Assembly (NCBI GenBank): GCA_013387215.1
Contig: WARW01000022.1
Span: forward strand, 169,897-233,896
Source: Patescibacteria group bacterium
GTDB taxonomy: Bacteria; Patescibacteriota; Microgenomatia; UBA12405
DNA: 64,000 nt
Reading direction: 5' to 3'
The translations under genes and the position numbers were made by a program. The notes beneath the pieces were generated by a model. The model was given only the letters and a program-made list of their open reading frames with translations, was not told where the DNA came from and did no database searches. Shown here in pieces: positions 50,235 to 58,462 of this stretch (positions are counted from its first letter, which is position 1; every line of letters starts with the position of its first letter).

Positions 50235-50492
50235 TTAGGCTTTTTTAATGATTTCTAAAGTAGTAAATCTTTTAAGTTTACTGAGCGGACGAGTCTCGAG
50301 AACCTTAACTCTATCACCGACTTTAGCTGAAAGATTGTTTTCAGCATAAATCTTTTTGTGTTTACTGACGATTTTTTTATAAATCGGATGTCTGCTGGTG
50401 TATTCAAGAGATACAGCAATTGTGTTGGCCATTTTATCAGAGACAATAGTGCCTTCAAATGTTTTTCCAGTTTTATTAATTTTGTTTGTCAT
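50235..50492 (-). CDS. rpsQ: 30S ribosomal protein S17
   Basis: G.IVSDKM..T, HPIYKK, ETRPLSK.KRF. Confidence 0.96.
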   Translation of the reverse strand: MTNKINKTGKTFEGTIVSDKMANTIAVSLEYTSRHPIYKKIVSKHKKIYAENNLSAKVGDRVKVLETRPLSKLKRFTTLEIIKKA

Positions 50493-50685
50493 GTTCTTTT
50501 TCAGTTAAAAGAGTAGAGATATATGCTATCTCATATTTAATTTTTTCAAAGACTGAGGTGTCTTTTTGGGTTCCACTTGCTAATTTAGCTTTAGTTTCAA
50601 CCAGTTTATTTCGAAGATCAGATAAGTTTTTAGTCAATTCTTCACTGCTCTTTTGTCTGTAGGAAATTTTATCAGTTTTTTTCAT
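50476..50685 (-). CDS. rpmC: 50S ribosomal protein L29
   Basis: Lies between rplP and rpsQ; R.KS.EEL..L..IA...T.L.E. Confidence 0.85.
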   Translation of the reverse strand: MKKTDKISYRQKSSEELTKNLSDLRNKLVETKAKLASGTQKDTSVFEKIKYEIAYISTLLTEKEHDKQN

Positions 50686-50696
50686 AAAGTCCACCC

Positions 50697-51101
50697 TTAT
50701 TTTCTATTAACTATTTTGGTAACTAATGGTAATTTAGCAGCAGCTAGTTTCAAGGCGACTTTAGCGTCTGCTTCGCTAACACCAGAAACTTCGAACATAA
50801 TTCGACCTGGTTTTATAACGGAAACATAACCTTTGACGTCACCTTTTCCGGCACCTAATGGAGCACCTGAACCTTTTTCAGTGACAGGTTTATCTGGGAA
50901 AATACGGACCCACATACGACCGTTTCTTTTGGTAGCATGAGCAATAGCGCGTCTTGCAGCTTCGATTTGATTAGCTGTGACCCAGCCACATTCGAGAGAC
51001 TTGAGACCGAAATCTCCAAAGGCAACTAAATTACCTTTTGAGTTTCCTCGCATTTTTCCTCTAAATTGTTTTCTATATTTGGTTCTACTTGGTTGCAACA
51101 T
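50697..51101 (-). CDS. rplP: 50S ribosomal protein L16
   Basis: MLQPSRTKYRKQFRG, QIEAAR, WVRIFPDKP. Confidence 0.97.
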   Translation of the reverse strand: MLQPSRTKYRKQFRGKMRGNSKGNLVAFGDFGLKSLECGWVTANQIEAARRAIAHATKRNGRMWVRIFPDKPVTEKGSGAPLGAGKGDVKGYVSVIKPGRIMFEVSGVSEADAKVALKLAAAKLPLVTKIVNRK

Positions 51102-51107
51102 AATGGT

Positions 51108-51749
51108 TTAGCCTAAACACAAATAAACTTTTACGCCAATATAACCTGATCGGGTTAATGATGGACATTCGTGATAATCAATGATTGATCGGATAGTACT
51201 TAATGGTACTTTACCTTCTGAGAATTTTTCTCGGCGTCCGATTTCGGATCCGTTGATTCTTCCAGAAAGAATAATCTTAATACCTTTGGCACCAGCTGAA
51301 ATGGATTTTTCCATTGCAGATAATACGACTCGGCGGTAAGGCATTCTTTTGGTAAGTTGATATGCTACTTTTTCAGCAATTAATTTAGCTGAAAGATCGG
51401 CATGTTTGAATTCTTCGACTTGGATTTCGATGCTTTGTTTGCCAGGGACTTTAGCGATAAGTTTTTGAATATCTTTTTTCAAGACTTCCAATTCTTTACC
51501 ACCGCGACCGATGACTAAGCCAGGTCGAGAAACGACGATAATTAATTTAATTTTTTTAACAGATCTTTCGATTTTTAATGAAACAACACCAGCAGAATAG
51601 AGTTTCTTTTGAAGATAATCTCTAATTTTTTTATCTTCGAGAAGATAAATTCCGTACTGTTTGGTATTGGCATACCAGGATGATTGCCATTCTGGACTGT
51701 TTTTGACAGTTTCTAATCTAAAACCAATTGGATTTACTTTTTGACCCAT
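51108..51749 (-). CDS. rpsC: 30S ribosomal protein S3 (start ATG51749)
   Basis: MGQKVNPIGFR, RPGLVIGRGG, SGRINGSEI. Confidence 0.97.
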   Translation of the reverse strand: MGQKVNPIGFRLETVKNSPEWQSSWYANTKQYGIYLLEDKKIRDYLQKKLYSAGVVSLKIERSVKKIKLIIVVSRPGLVIGRGGKELEVLKKDIQKLIAKVPGKQSIEIQVEEFKHADLSAKLIAEKVAYQLTKRMPYRRVVLSAMEKSISAGAKGIKIILSGRINGSEIGRREKFSEGKVPLSTIRSIIDYHECPSLTRSGYIGVKVYLCLG

Positions 51750-51753
51750 AGTT

Positions 51754-52203
51754 TTACTTTTGAACTCCCTTAACATTTATTAGTAGACGACTGTGTCTCT
51801 TCATCATAAGACCTCGAGCAAATCGAGAACCGTGGGATTTATCCATTCTTTTGATTTTAAGACCTTCGTTAACTTGGATGGTGTCGAATTTTAAGGTTTC
51901 AATGTCCATGCCAAAATTGTTTTTTGCATCAGCAATAACATTTTGGATAGCACGAACTAAAATTCGAGCAGATTTAGTATTGGTAAATTTAAGTCTCAAT
52001 AAAGCTTCGGTTGGAGCTAATTTCTTGATATCGTTTGCAAGTAATCTGAGCTTACGAGGCGAAATCATGACATTCTTATTGATATATTTTGCCACTTTAA
52101 AAACTGGTTCGGATTTTACTTCAGCAGTCTTTTTGGTTTTTGCGACTACTGGTTTTTTATCGACCACAGTTTTTGTAGTTTTTTTATTAATAGTTTTTGC
52201 CAT
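51754..52203 (-). CDS. rplV: 50S ribosomal protein L22 with Lys-rich N-terminal extension
   Basis: ISPRKLRL, A.A.NN, V.EG...KR. Confidence 0.93.
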   Translation of the reverse strand: MAKTINKKTTKTVVDKKPVVAKTKKTAEVKSEPVFKVAKYINKNVMISPRKLRLLANDIKKLAPTEALLRLKFTNTKSARILVRAIQNVIADAKNNFGMDIETLKFDTIQVNEGLKIKRMDKSHGSRFARGLMMKRHSRLLINVKGVQK

Positions 52204-52206
52204 AGT

Positions 52207-52482
52207 TTATGTCTTTTCAATAACTCTTTTAACGACACGTCCATGACCTTTGAAGGTTCTTGTTGGAGCGAATTCTCCAAAACGATGTCCTACCATTTCT
52301 TCAGTAACATAGACATTTATAAATTTTTTGCCATTGTAGACTTCGAAATTTGTGCCGATGAAATCTGGAGCGATTTGGCTCGATCTGGCATAAGTTTTAA
52401 CTGGGGTTGAACCCTGTTTGTTAGCAACTTTTTTTAGAATGTTTTGATCGATGTATGGACCTTTCTTTGAACTTCTAGACAT
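52207..52482 (-). CDS. rpsS: 30S ribosomal protein S19
   Basis: [22 protein letters not shown]. Confidence 0.98.
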   Translation of the reverse strand: MSRSSKKGPYIDQNILKKVANKQGSTPVKTYARSSQIAPDFIGTNFEVYNGKKFINVYVTEEMVGHRFGEFAPTRTFKGHGRVVKRVIEKT

Positions 52483-52484
52483 GT

Positions 52485-53225
52485 TTATTTGCTTTTGCGC
52501 TTAACAATTAATTTATTAGATGCATTTTTTCGCTTTCTAGTTTTTCGGAAAGCAGATTTACCCCATGGTGTTTTTGGATTCATACCAATAGAGCTTCGAC
52601 CTTCACCACCTCCATGTGGATGGGAGTGAGGATTCTGAGCAACACCTCGGACAGATGGTCTGATACCTCGATGTCGGGAATCACCGGCTTTAACTAATTT
52701 TTGATTGCTGTGATCAGAATTTCCAACTTGGCCAATAGTAGCTTGAGCGTCAGCATGGAAAATTCTAATTTCGCCTGATGGTAATTTAATAGTAGCTTTA
52801 TCACCGTCTATGCTTTGAACATAGGCTGCAGAACCTGCACTTTTTACTAATTGAGCTGGTCTGCCTTTGTGGAAAGCTAAAGCATGAATAGGAACACCAA
52901 CTGGGATGTTTCTTAATGGTAAACAGTTTCCATCTTTAATTGGAGCATTTTGAGAAGCAACAACAACATCGCCGACTTTTAAATTGGTTGAAGCTAAAAT
53001 ATAAGTTTTAGCACCATTTTCATAAGATAAAACGGCAATATCAGCAGTTCGGTTTGGATCGTATTCGATTGCAGTAACTTTTGCCTTAATATCGGTTTTA
53101 TTTCGATTCCATTCGATTTCTCTTAAATAGCGCTTGTGTTCTCCGCCGCGATGTCTAACTGAAACATGACCTTGAGAGTCACGTCCGCTTTGTTTCTTTT
53201 TAATGGTTAATAATGCACCTATCAT
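52485..53225 (-). CDS. rplB: 50S ribosomal protein L2 (N-terminally short)
   Basis: [31 protein letters not shown]. Confidence 0.97.
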   Translation of the reverse strand: MIGALLTIKKKQSGRDSQGHVSVRHRGGEHKRYLREIEWNRNKTDIKAKVTAIEYDPNRTADIAVLSYENGAKTYILASTNLKVGDVVVASQNAPIKDGNCLPLRNIPVGVPIHALAFHKGRPAQLVKSAGSAAYVQSIDGDKATIKLPSGEIRIFHADAQATIGQVGNSDHSNQKLVKAGDSRHRGIRPSVRGVAQNPHSHPHGGGEGRSSIGMNPKTPWGKSAFRKTRKRKNASNKLIVKRKSK

Positions 53226-53227
53226 AA

Positions 53228-53530
53228 TTATTTGTTTAGAGTTAATAATTCGATTTTTTGATCTTTTCCAACAGTGATCAAAGCTTTTTTCTGATCAGGT
53301 TTTTGAATTGGTTTTCTTTTTTTCCAATCAGTTTTAAGTTTTCCTTTAAGAGTGGTTGTGTTGACAGATAAAGGTTTAACACCAAATACTTCTTGAAAGG
53401 CAGCACCAATTTGGTTTTTGTTAGCTGAAACGCTAACCCAAAAAGAGTATTTACCTTTAGACTGCTCTATAAGAGCTTTCTCAGTAATAATTGGTTTTAA
53501 AATAATGTGTTGTGAACTTATGAGGGTCAT
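53228..53530 (-). CDS. rplW: 50S ribosomal protein L23
   Basis: PIITEK, Y.F.V, ANK.QI, KKA.IT. Confidence 0.95.
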   Translation of the reverse strand: MTLISSQHIILKPIITEKALIEQSKGKYSFWVSVSANKNQIGAAFQEVFGVKPLSVNTTTLKGKLKTDWKKRKPIQKPDQKKALITVGKDQKIELLTLNK

Positions 53531-53532
53531 GT

Positions 53533-54168
53533 TTATCTAGAAAAATGTTTTAAGGCCTTTTTGCTGACAATCAAAAATTGTTGATTGGCAAGGTCATAAG
53601 TATTTAATGATTTAAGGGACAAAAGATTTACTTTTTCCAAATTTCCAAAAGCTCTTTTAACATTAGTCAATGTTTTAGTGGTAATTATACCAACTTTTGA
53701 ACTTTTAGATAATACTTCATTCTTGGCTTTAAGTCCAGTAATAAGTTTTAACGCTTCTTTGGTTTTTGGAGTTAAAGTGTTGATTTGTTCAACTATAAGA
53801 ATTCTCTTTTCTTTAGCAAATTTAGATAAAAGTGAATTTACAGCCACTTTTTTCATTTTCTTGTTAAGGCTAAGAAGGTAGTTTTGATCACCTTTTGGAC
53901 CGAGAGCAATGCCTCCACCGACAAAGATTGGAGCAGTTCTGTTACCGTGACGAGCACGACCAGTACCTTTTTGAGCCCAAACTTTTTGTCTGGTTCCAGC
54001 AACTTGAGATCTGGTTTTGGTTTTAGCAAAAGAAGATCTTTGGTTGGAAAGATAGACTCGGATAGCTTGAGAAATTAATTTTTCGGAAATTTCGTTTTCA
54101 AAAACTGCCTTTGGTAAGGTGATTTCTCCAACGTTTTCTGCTTTGATATTATATACTTGGGCTTTCAT
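53533..54168 (-). CDS. rplD: 50S ribosomal protein L4 (start ATG54168)
   Basis: KTRSQVAG, QKGTGRARHG, GGG. Confidence 0.96.
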   Translation of the reverse strand: MKAQVYNIKAENVGEITLPKAVFENEISEKLISQAIRVYLSNQRSSFAKTKTRSQVAGTRQKVWAQKGTGRARHGNRTAPIFVGGGIALGPKGDQNYLLSLNKKMKKVAVNSLLSKFAKEKRILIVEQINTLTPKTKEALKLITGLKAKNEVLSKSSKVGIITTKTLTNVKRAFGNLEKVNLLSLKSLNTYDLANQQFLIVSKKALKHFSR

Positions 54169-54169
54169 G

Positions 54170-54790
54170 TTAGGCTCTCTTTGAAATGGTGACCCAGGAA
54201 TTAAACGAACCAGGGACAGAACCACTAATTAATATTTCGTTAGTATCTTTGTTGACAGCTACTACTTTTAAGTTAGTAATTGTTTTAGTGACAACACCCA
54301 TGTGTCCTGGCATTTTTTTACCACGAACAACTTTTCCTGGGGTTTGTGCTCCAATAGAACCTGGTGCTCTGATACGATCAGAAGCATTTTTGATAGGTTG
54401 CTTTTTGAAGTTGTGTCTTTTGATAACACCAGCAAAACCACGACCCTTAGTTATGCCGGTAGCATCAACGGTATCGCCGACTGCAAAAACAGAATCAATA
54501 GCAATATCGTTACCTACTTCAATTGTTTGATCTGCGGCTGCAGTGAATTCTTTAAAATGTTGAGGTTTTAAATCAACGTTAATTTTTGTAAGTTTGGCAG
54601 AGGTTGCTTTGTCCAATTTTTTCTTGGAACCATAAGCGACTTGAACAGCTTGGTAGCCATCTTTCTCGGTATTTTTGACTTGAGTTACTTTGAGAGGTAA
54701 AGCTACACATTTGGTTACAGCTATTCTTTTGCCGTCTTCAGTGAATACGCTGGTCATGAGACCTTTTTTTACAATAAATCCTGTGATCAT
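54170..54790 (-). CDS. rplC: 50S ribosomal protein L3
   Basis: K.LMT, DGYQAVQ, KGRGFAGVIKRH, GKKMPGHMG. Confidence 0.97.
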   Translation of the reverse strand: MITGFIVKKGLMTSVFTEDGKRIAVTKCVALPLKVTQVKNTEKDGYQAVQVAYGSKKKLDKATSAKLTKINVDLKPQHFKEFTAAADQTIEVGNDIAIDSVFAVGDTVDATGITKGRGFAGVIKRHNFKKQPIKNASDRIRAPGSIGAQTPGKVVRGKKMPGHMGVVTKTITNLKVVAVNKDTNEILISGSVPGSFNSWVTISKRA

Positions 54791-54794
54791 AATT

Positions 54795-55106
54795 TTACAT
54801 CTTAACTTCTACTTCCACGCCTGAAGGCAAATCTAAATGCTGAAGACTATCAACAGTACGAAGACTGGTATTTGATATGTCGATTAGACGCTTGTGAGTA
54901 AGTATTTCGAAATGCTCACGAGCATTTTTGTCTGTATGAGGGCTGGTTAAAACAGTAATTGTTTTTCTCTCAGTTGGTAAAGGAATTGGTCCTTCCACTT
55001 GAGCACCTGCGGTAACCGCAGCCTCAACGATTTTGACTGCAGCTTCATCGATAATACGATGATCAAACGATTTTAATCTGATTCGGATACGGTTACCTTT
55101 GGTCAT
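54795..55106 (-). CDS. rpsJ: 30S ribosomal protein S10 (NusE)
   Basis: [34 protein letters not shown]. Confidence 0.98.
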   Translation of the reverse strand: MTKGNRIRIRLKSFDHRIIDEAAVKIVEAAVTAGAQVEGPIPLPTERKTITVLTSPHTDKNAREHFEILTHKRLIDISNTSLRTVDSLQHLDLPSGVEVEVKM

Positions 55107-55110
55107 AGTT

Positions 55111-56283
55111 TTACTTGATAATTTCTGTTATAGCACCTGCACCAACAGTCAAACCACCTTCACGAATAGCGAAGCGTTGACCAGGTTGCATAGCAACAGG
55201 TTTAATTAATTTAACTGTCACAGCGGCATTATCGCCTGGCATGACCATTTCCATACCTTCTGGTAAGGCAATGTCACCGGTTACATCAGTAGTTCTGATG
55301 AAGACTTGAGGTCTGTAACCAGAGAAGATTGGGGTGTGACGACCACCTTCTTCTTTCTTTAATAAAATAACTTCAGCTTTGAATTCAGTGTGAGGAGTGA
55401 TTGAACCTGGTTTAGATAAAACTTGTCCTCGTTCAATATCGTCTTTTTCAACTCCGCGGAGTAATAAACCGACGTTGTCTCCTGCTTGACCTTGATCGAG
55501 CATTTTGTGGAACATTTCAACACCAGTAACGATAGCTTTTCGAGTATCTCTTAAACCGACGATTTCAATTTCATCGTTGACTTTAACGACACCTTTTTCG
55601 ATTCTACCAGTAGCGACAGTACCTCTACCTTTAATAGAGAAAACGTCTTCAACAGGCATTAAGAAAGGTTTATCGAGTTCACGAACAGGTTCAGGAATGT
55701 AAGTGTCAAGAGCTTCCATTAATTTCTTAATAGATTCAACACCATCAGCTTCACCGTTGAGAGCTTTTAAAGCAGAACCACGAATAATTGGAGTTTCATC
55801 ACCTGGGAAGCCGTATTTAGTTAATAAATCACGGATTTCCATTTCGACGAGATCTAAGAATTCTGGATCTTCAACTAAGTCGACTTTGTTTAAGAAGACT
55901 ACGAGAGATGGAACGTTAACCTGTTTAGCCAAAAGAACGTGTTCTCTGGTTTGAGGCATTGGACCATCTGGTGCAGAAACGACGAGAATAGCACCATCCA
56001 TTTGAGCAGCACCGGTGATCATGTTTTTGACGTAATCAGCGTGTCCTGGACAATCGATGTGAGCATAGTGTCTTTTTTCTGTTTCGTATTCAATGTGAGA
56101 AATGGCAATAGTGACGATTTTAGAAGAATCACGGACAGTACCACCCTTAGCGATATCTGCATATGATTTTGCACTTCCTTGTACTTTAGAAATTGCTGCT
56201 GTTAAAGTTGTTTTACCATGATCGACGTGACCAATGGTACCGACGTTGACGTGTGGCTTAGTTCTTTGATAAGTATCTGCCAT
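55111..56283 (-). CDS. tuf: Elongation factor Tu
   Basis: [32 protein letters not shown]. Confidence 0.98.
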   Translation of the reverse strand: MADTYQRTKPHVNVGTIGHVDHGKTTLTAAISKVQGSAKSYADIAKGGTVRDSSKIVTIAISHIEYETEKRHYAHIDCPGHADYVKNMITGAAQMDGAILVVSAPDGPMPQTREHVLLAKQVNVPSLVVFLNKVDLVEDPEFLDLVEMEIRDLLTKYGFPGDETPIIRGSALKALNGEADGVESIKKLMEALDTYIPEPVRELDKPFLMPVEDVFSIKGRGTVATGRIEKGVVKVNDEIEIVGLRDTRKAIVTGVEMFHKMLDQGQAGDNVGLLLRGVEKDDIERGQVLSKPGSITPHTEFKAEVILLKKEEGGRHTPIFSGYRPQVFIRTTDVTGDIALPEGMEMVMPGDNAAVTVKLIKPVAMQPGQRFAIREGGLTVGAGAITEIIK

Positions 56284-56366
56284 TTTTTGTCTCCTTTTTT
56301 TTGATTTATTGTCTTTGGTAAGACGAAAGTTTCTAATTAATAATATTTAGAATAAAACGCTTTTAG

Positions 56367-56395
56367 ATTGTATCAACTAAATAAAGCCATTGCAA
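56367..56395 (-). promoter_or_regulatory. Putative promoter of the tuf-S10 operon
   Basis: TTGCAA-17-TACAAT with extended -10 TG. Confidence 0.65.
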
Positions 56396-56534
56396 CATAC
56401 AAAATATATCAAAATGACTATATGTTAGTAGATATTTTGTCTTAATTCGTTTCTGAAATTATAACCCGTGCTACTTTAAATAAATAGGGATGACTTTGAA
56501 AAAATAATACAGAGTCGATGTGTATATATTTTTT

Positions 56535-56605
56535 ATAAAAAAAATACCCGGCAGTAAAACAAGTTTGAAGCACAAAGGTGCAACAAACGGTTTTAGAACC
56601 GGGTT
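56535..56605 (-). terminator. Long terminator hairpin after cassette 56611-57018
   Basis: ACCCGG...CCGGGT-A followed by a T run on the minus strand. Confidence 0.6.
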
Positions 56606-56610
56606 GACGG

Positions 56611-57018
56611 TTAAATACTCCAAAGGAGTCCTCGAGGTAATCTTTCAACTGATTCTGTTTGAAATAGTGCCCACTGCCCGATTTCATCTTTTTTATAGAT
56701 GTCTACATGATAATTACTATAACTGTCTAAATCAGCAGATGCACCACTGTGTCCACCCCATGCGTGATAACTTTTTTCAGAAATATAGACATTTATGCTG
56801 TCTCCACTTTCCGATTTAGAAAGACCAATAATTCTGTAGGATGTAACATGACGGCTGTCGTCTAGATAACATCCTTTAAGGTTATTAGCGATGGAAATGT
56901 TTAAAAACAAAAACATGGCATTTTGTTGACTACCTGTTGCGGCGACCAAGGCAGCAATAAGGCTACGTGCCTCTTTTTTGATTTTTCCAAACAATTCAGT
57001 TTTTCGTTTTTCGTCCAC
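56611..57018 (-). CDS. Hypothetical protein (ORFan cassette)
   Basis: GTG start; own TATAAT (57156-57161), boxA-like GCTCTTTTAAAT (57104-57115), leader hairpin and terminator. Confidence 0.65.
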   Translation of the reverse strand: MDEKRKTELFGKIKKEARSLIAALVAATGSQQNAMFLFLNISIANNLKGCYLDDSRHVTSYRIIGLSKSESGDSINVYISEKSYHAWGGHSGASADLDSYSNYHVDIYKKDEIGQWALFQTESVERLPRGLLWSI

Positions 57019-57198
57019 TGATACTACCTACTTTCCCCTGTTTTTTTATTAATGACAGGAACCTGTTTTGGAACTTAAAACAAATTCCTACCATTAATAT
57101 ATTATTTAAAAGAGCTAGTAATAACTATTTTGTTATAGAAAATAAAACTGCAGGCATTATAAGATAGAAGGAACGTTAAGGCAATATTTTATTGCAAA

Positions 57199-57249
57199 AA
57201 AAAATACCCCAAACGTTTTTGTCAGCAAGCTGACCGTTTGAGGTATAAG
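57199..57249 (-). terminator. Duplicated terminator, copy A
   Basis: 51 bp, 2 mismatches to 57823-57873; stem-loop followed by a T run. Confidence 0.8.
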
Positions 57250-57265
57250 ATGAAATTAGGAAATA

Positions 57266-57700
57266 TTAATAAGAAAGAATAAAGAAGTCGTAGAGCGGAG
57301 ACAAAATGTCTGAGTAGTGTCGTTTAAGAATTAGCTTGATTTTGTTTGACCAACAGATGGATCCAATGGTTATAAGATCAAGTTTGTGCTTATCAATTAT
57401 TTTAGTTTCCATTAAACCCGTAAATTTACCATTTTCAATATGAGTATCTGGATCATCTACTTCAAGATAAAGTCGATAAAAAAGATTTTGTATGCCAGCA
57501 CTATAGATTGAAAAATAATATTTACCGTCGACAAATTTTGCCTTGGTTCTAATAAAATAACTATTTTCATGTAAGTATGAAGTAGGAAGAGGTTGGTTTA
57601 AACCTTTAGCTGCACTTTTCTCAATTTCCGGAGGTATAAAGCCATTTATCAGCTCATACCAAATGTAAATGTCTTTTGTGTTTTTTTCCAATAAAATCAC
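57266..57700 (-). CDS. Hypothetical protein, paralog of 57884-58300
   Basis: YIW.E....P....KS, S.F.R, E.D.P and IDKHK shared; TGaTACAAT at 57786-57794; boxA-like at 57724-57736. Confidence 0.75.
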   Translation of the reverse strand: MILLEKNTKDIYIWYELINGFIPPEIEKSAAKGLNQPLPTSYLHENSYFIRTKAKFVDGKYYFSIYSAGIQNLFYRLYLEVDDPDTHIENGKFTGLMETKIIDKHKLDLITIGSICWSNKIKLILKRHYSDILSPLYDFFILSY

Positions 57701-57822
57701 TCTCTTTCTTTTAATTATCCTGATTTTAAAATGTGCTATTCAAAAAGAATGCGTGAGCTTGGCTCAATTCTTTCGAATGGGTTCGATTGTATCACAAGGT
57801 CTTTGATTTCCAAAATTTTGAC

Positions 57823-57873
57823 AAAAAATACCCCAAACGTTTTTGTCAGCAAGCTGACCGTTTGGGGTGTAAG
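57823..57873 (-). terminator. Duplicated terminator, copy B
   Basis: Near-identical to 57199-57249. Confidence 0.8.
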
Positions 57874-57883
57874 GACTAAATAA

Positions 57884-58300
57884 TTAAGATTGCAGATGAT
57901 ATGGCTTCAAATAATAGACATTTGTGTAGGGATAAAATCCTATTGGAGCATATTCATCATCTAAACTATAGACAGTACCATTCAGTTTAAATATGTCTTT
58001 TTTATAGAGCGGCTCTGCACAGATTTTGTGTTTATCAATTTCAAAGCGTTTGTTTGGCTGGTCGATTTCATACAATTCTTTAAAAAAACGAAATTGGATA
58101 TTATTGTAACCTTCTGTGTGAACTGTAATCTCAAGATTTTTTGACTCTTGTTTTGAAACTAGTTGTCTGACGAAGATACTGTGATCTTTTTCAAAAACCT
58201 GGTATACAGCAGTACATTGTCTCAATTCAAGTAAACTCTTTTTTAAATCTTCTGGTAAAGAGTTTTTGGGATATTCAACCCAAATATAAGTGGGATCCAT
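57884..58300 (-). CDS. Hypothetical protein, paralog of 57266-57700
   Basis: GAGGAG SD; TGaTACAAT at 58384-58392; boxA-like GCTCATTTTAAAA at 58333-58345. Confidence 0.78.
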   Translation of the reverse strand: MDPTYIWVEYPKNSLPEDLKKSLLELRQCTAVYQVFEKDHSIFVRQLVSKQESKNLEITVHTEGYNNIQFRFFKELYEIDQPNKRFEIDKHKICAEPLYKKDIFKLNGTVYSLDDEYAPIGFYPYTNVYYLKPYHLQS

Positions 58301-58411
58301 TAAACCATCTCCTCTTTTATTATTTTTCCTAATTTTAAAATGAGCTATTCAAGAAAAATGCCGCATTCTTCCGAATTGGGCTGATTGTATCATAAGATCT
58401 GAAATTTTGGC

Positions 58412-58442
58412 AAAAAAAATACCCCCGAAGGATCGGGGGTAT
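58412..58442 (-). terminator. fusA terminator
   Basis: ATACCCCCGA-tcct-TCGGGGGTAT followed by a T run. Confidence 0.85.
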
Positions 58443-58462
58443 AAAAAATTCAAAATTAATTT

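Noticed and set aside
56442-56819. ORFs 56442-56687 and 56520-56819
   Set aside because: They overlap a terminator hairpin and the 56611 gene; no SD
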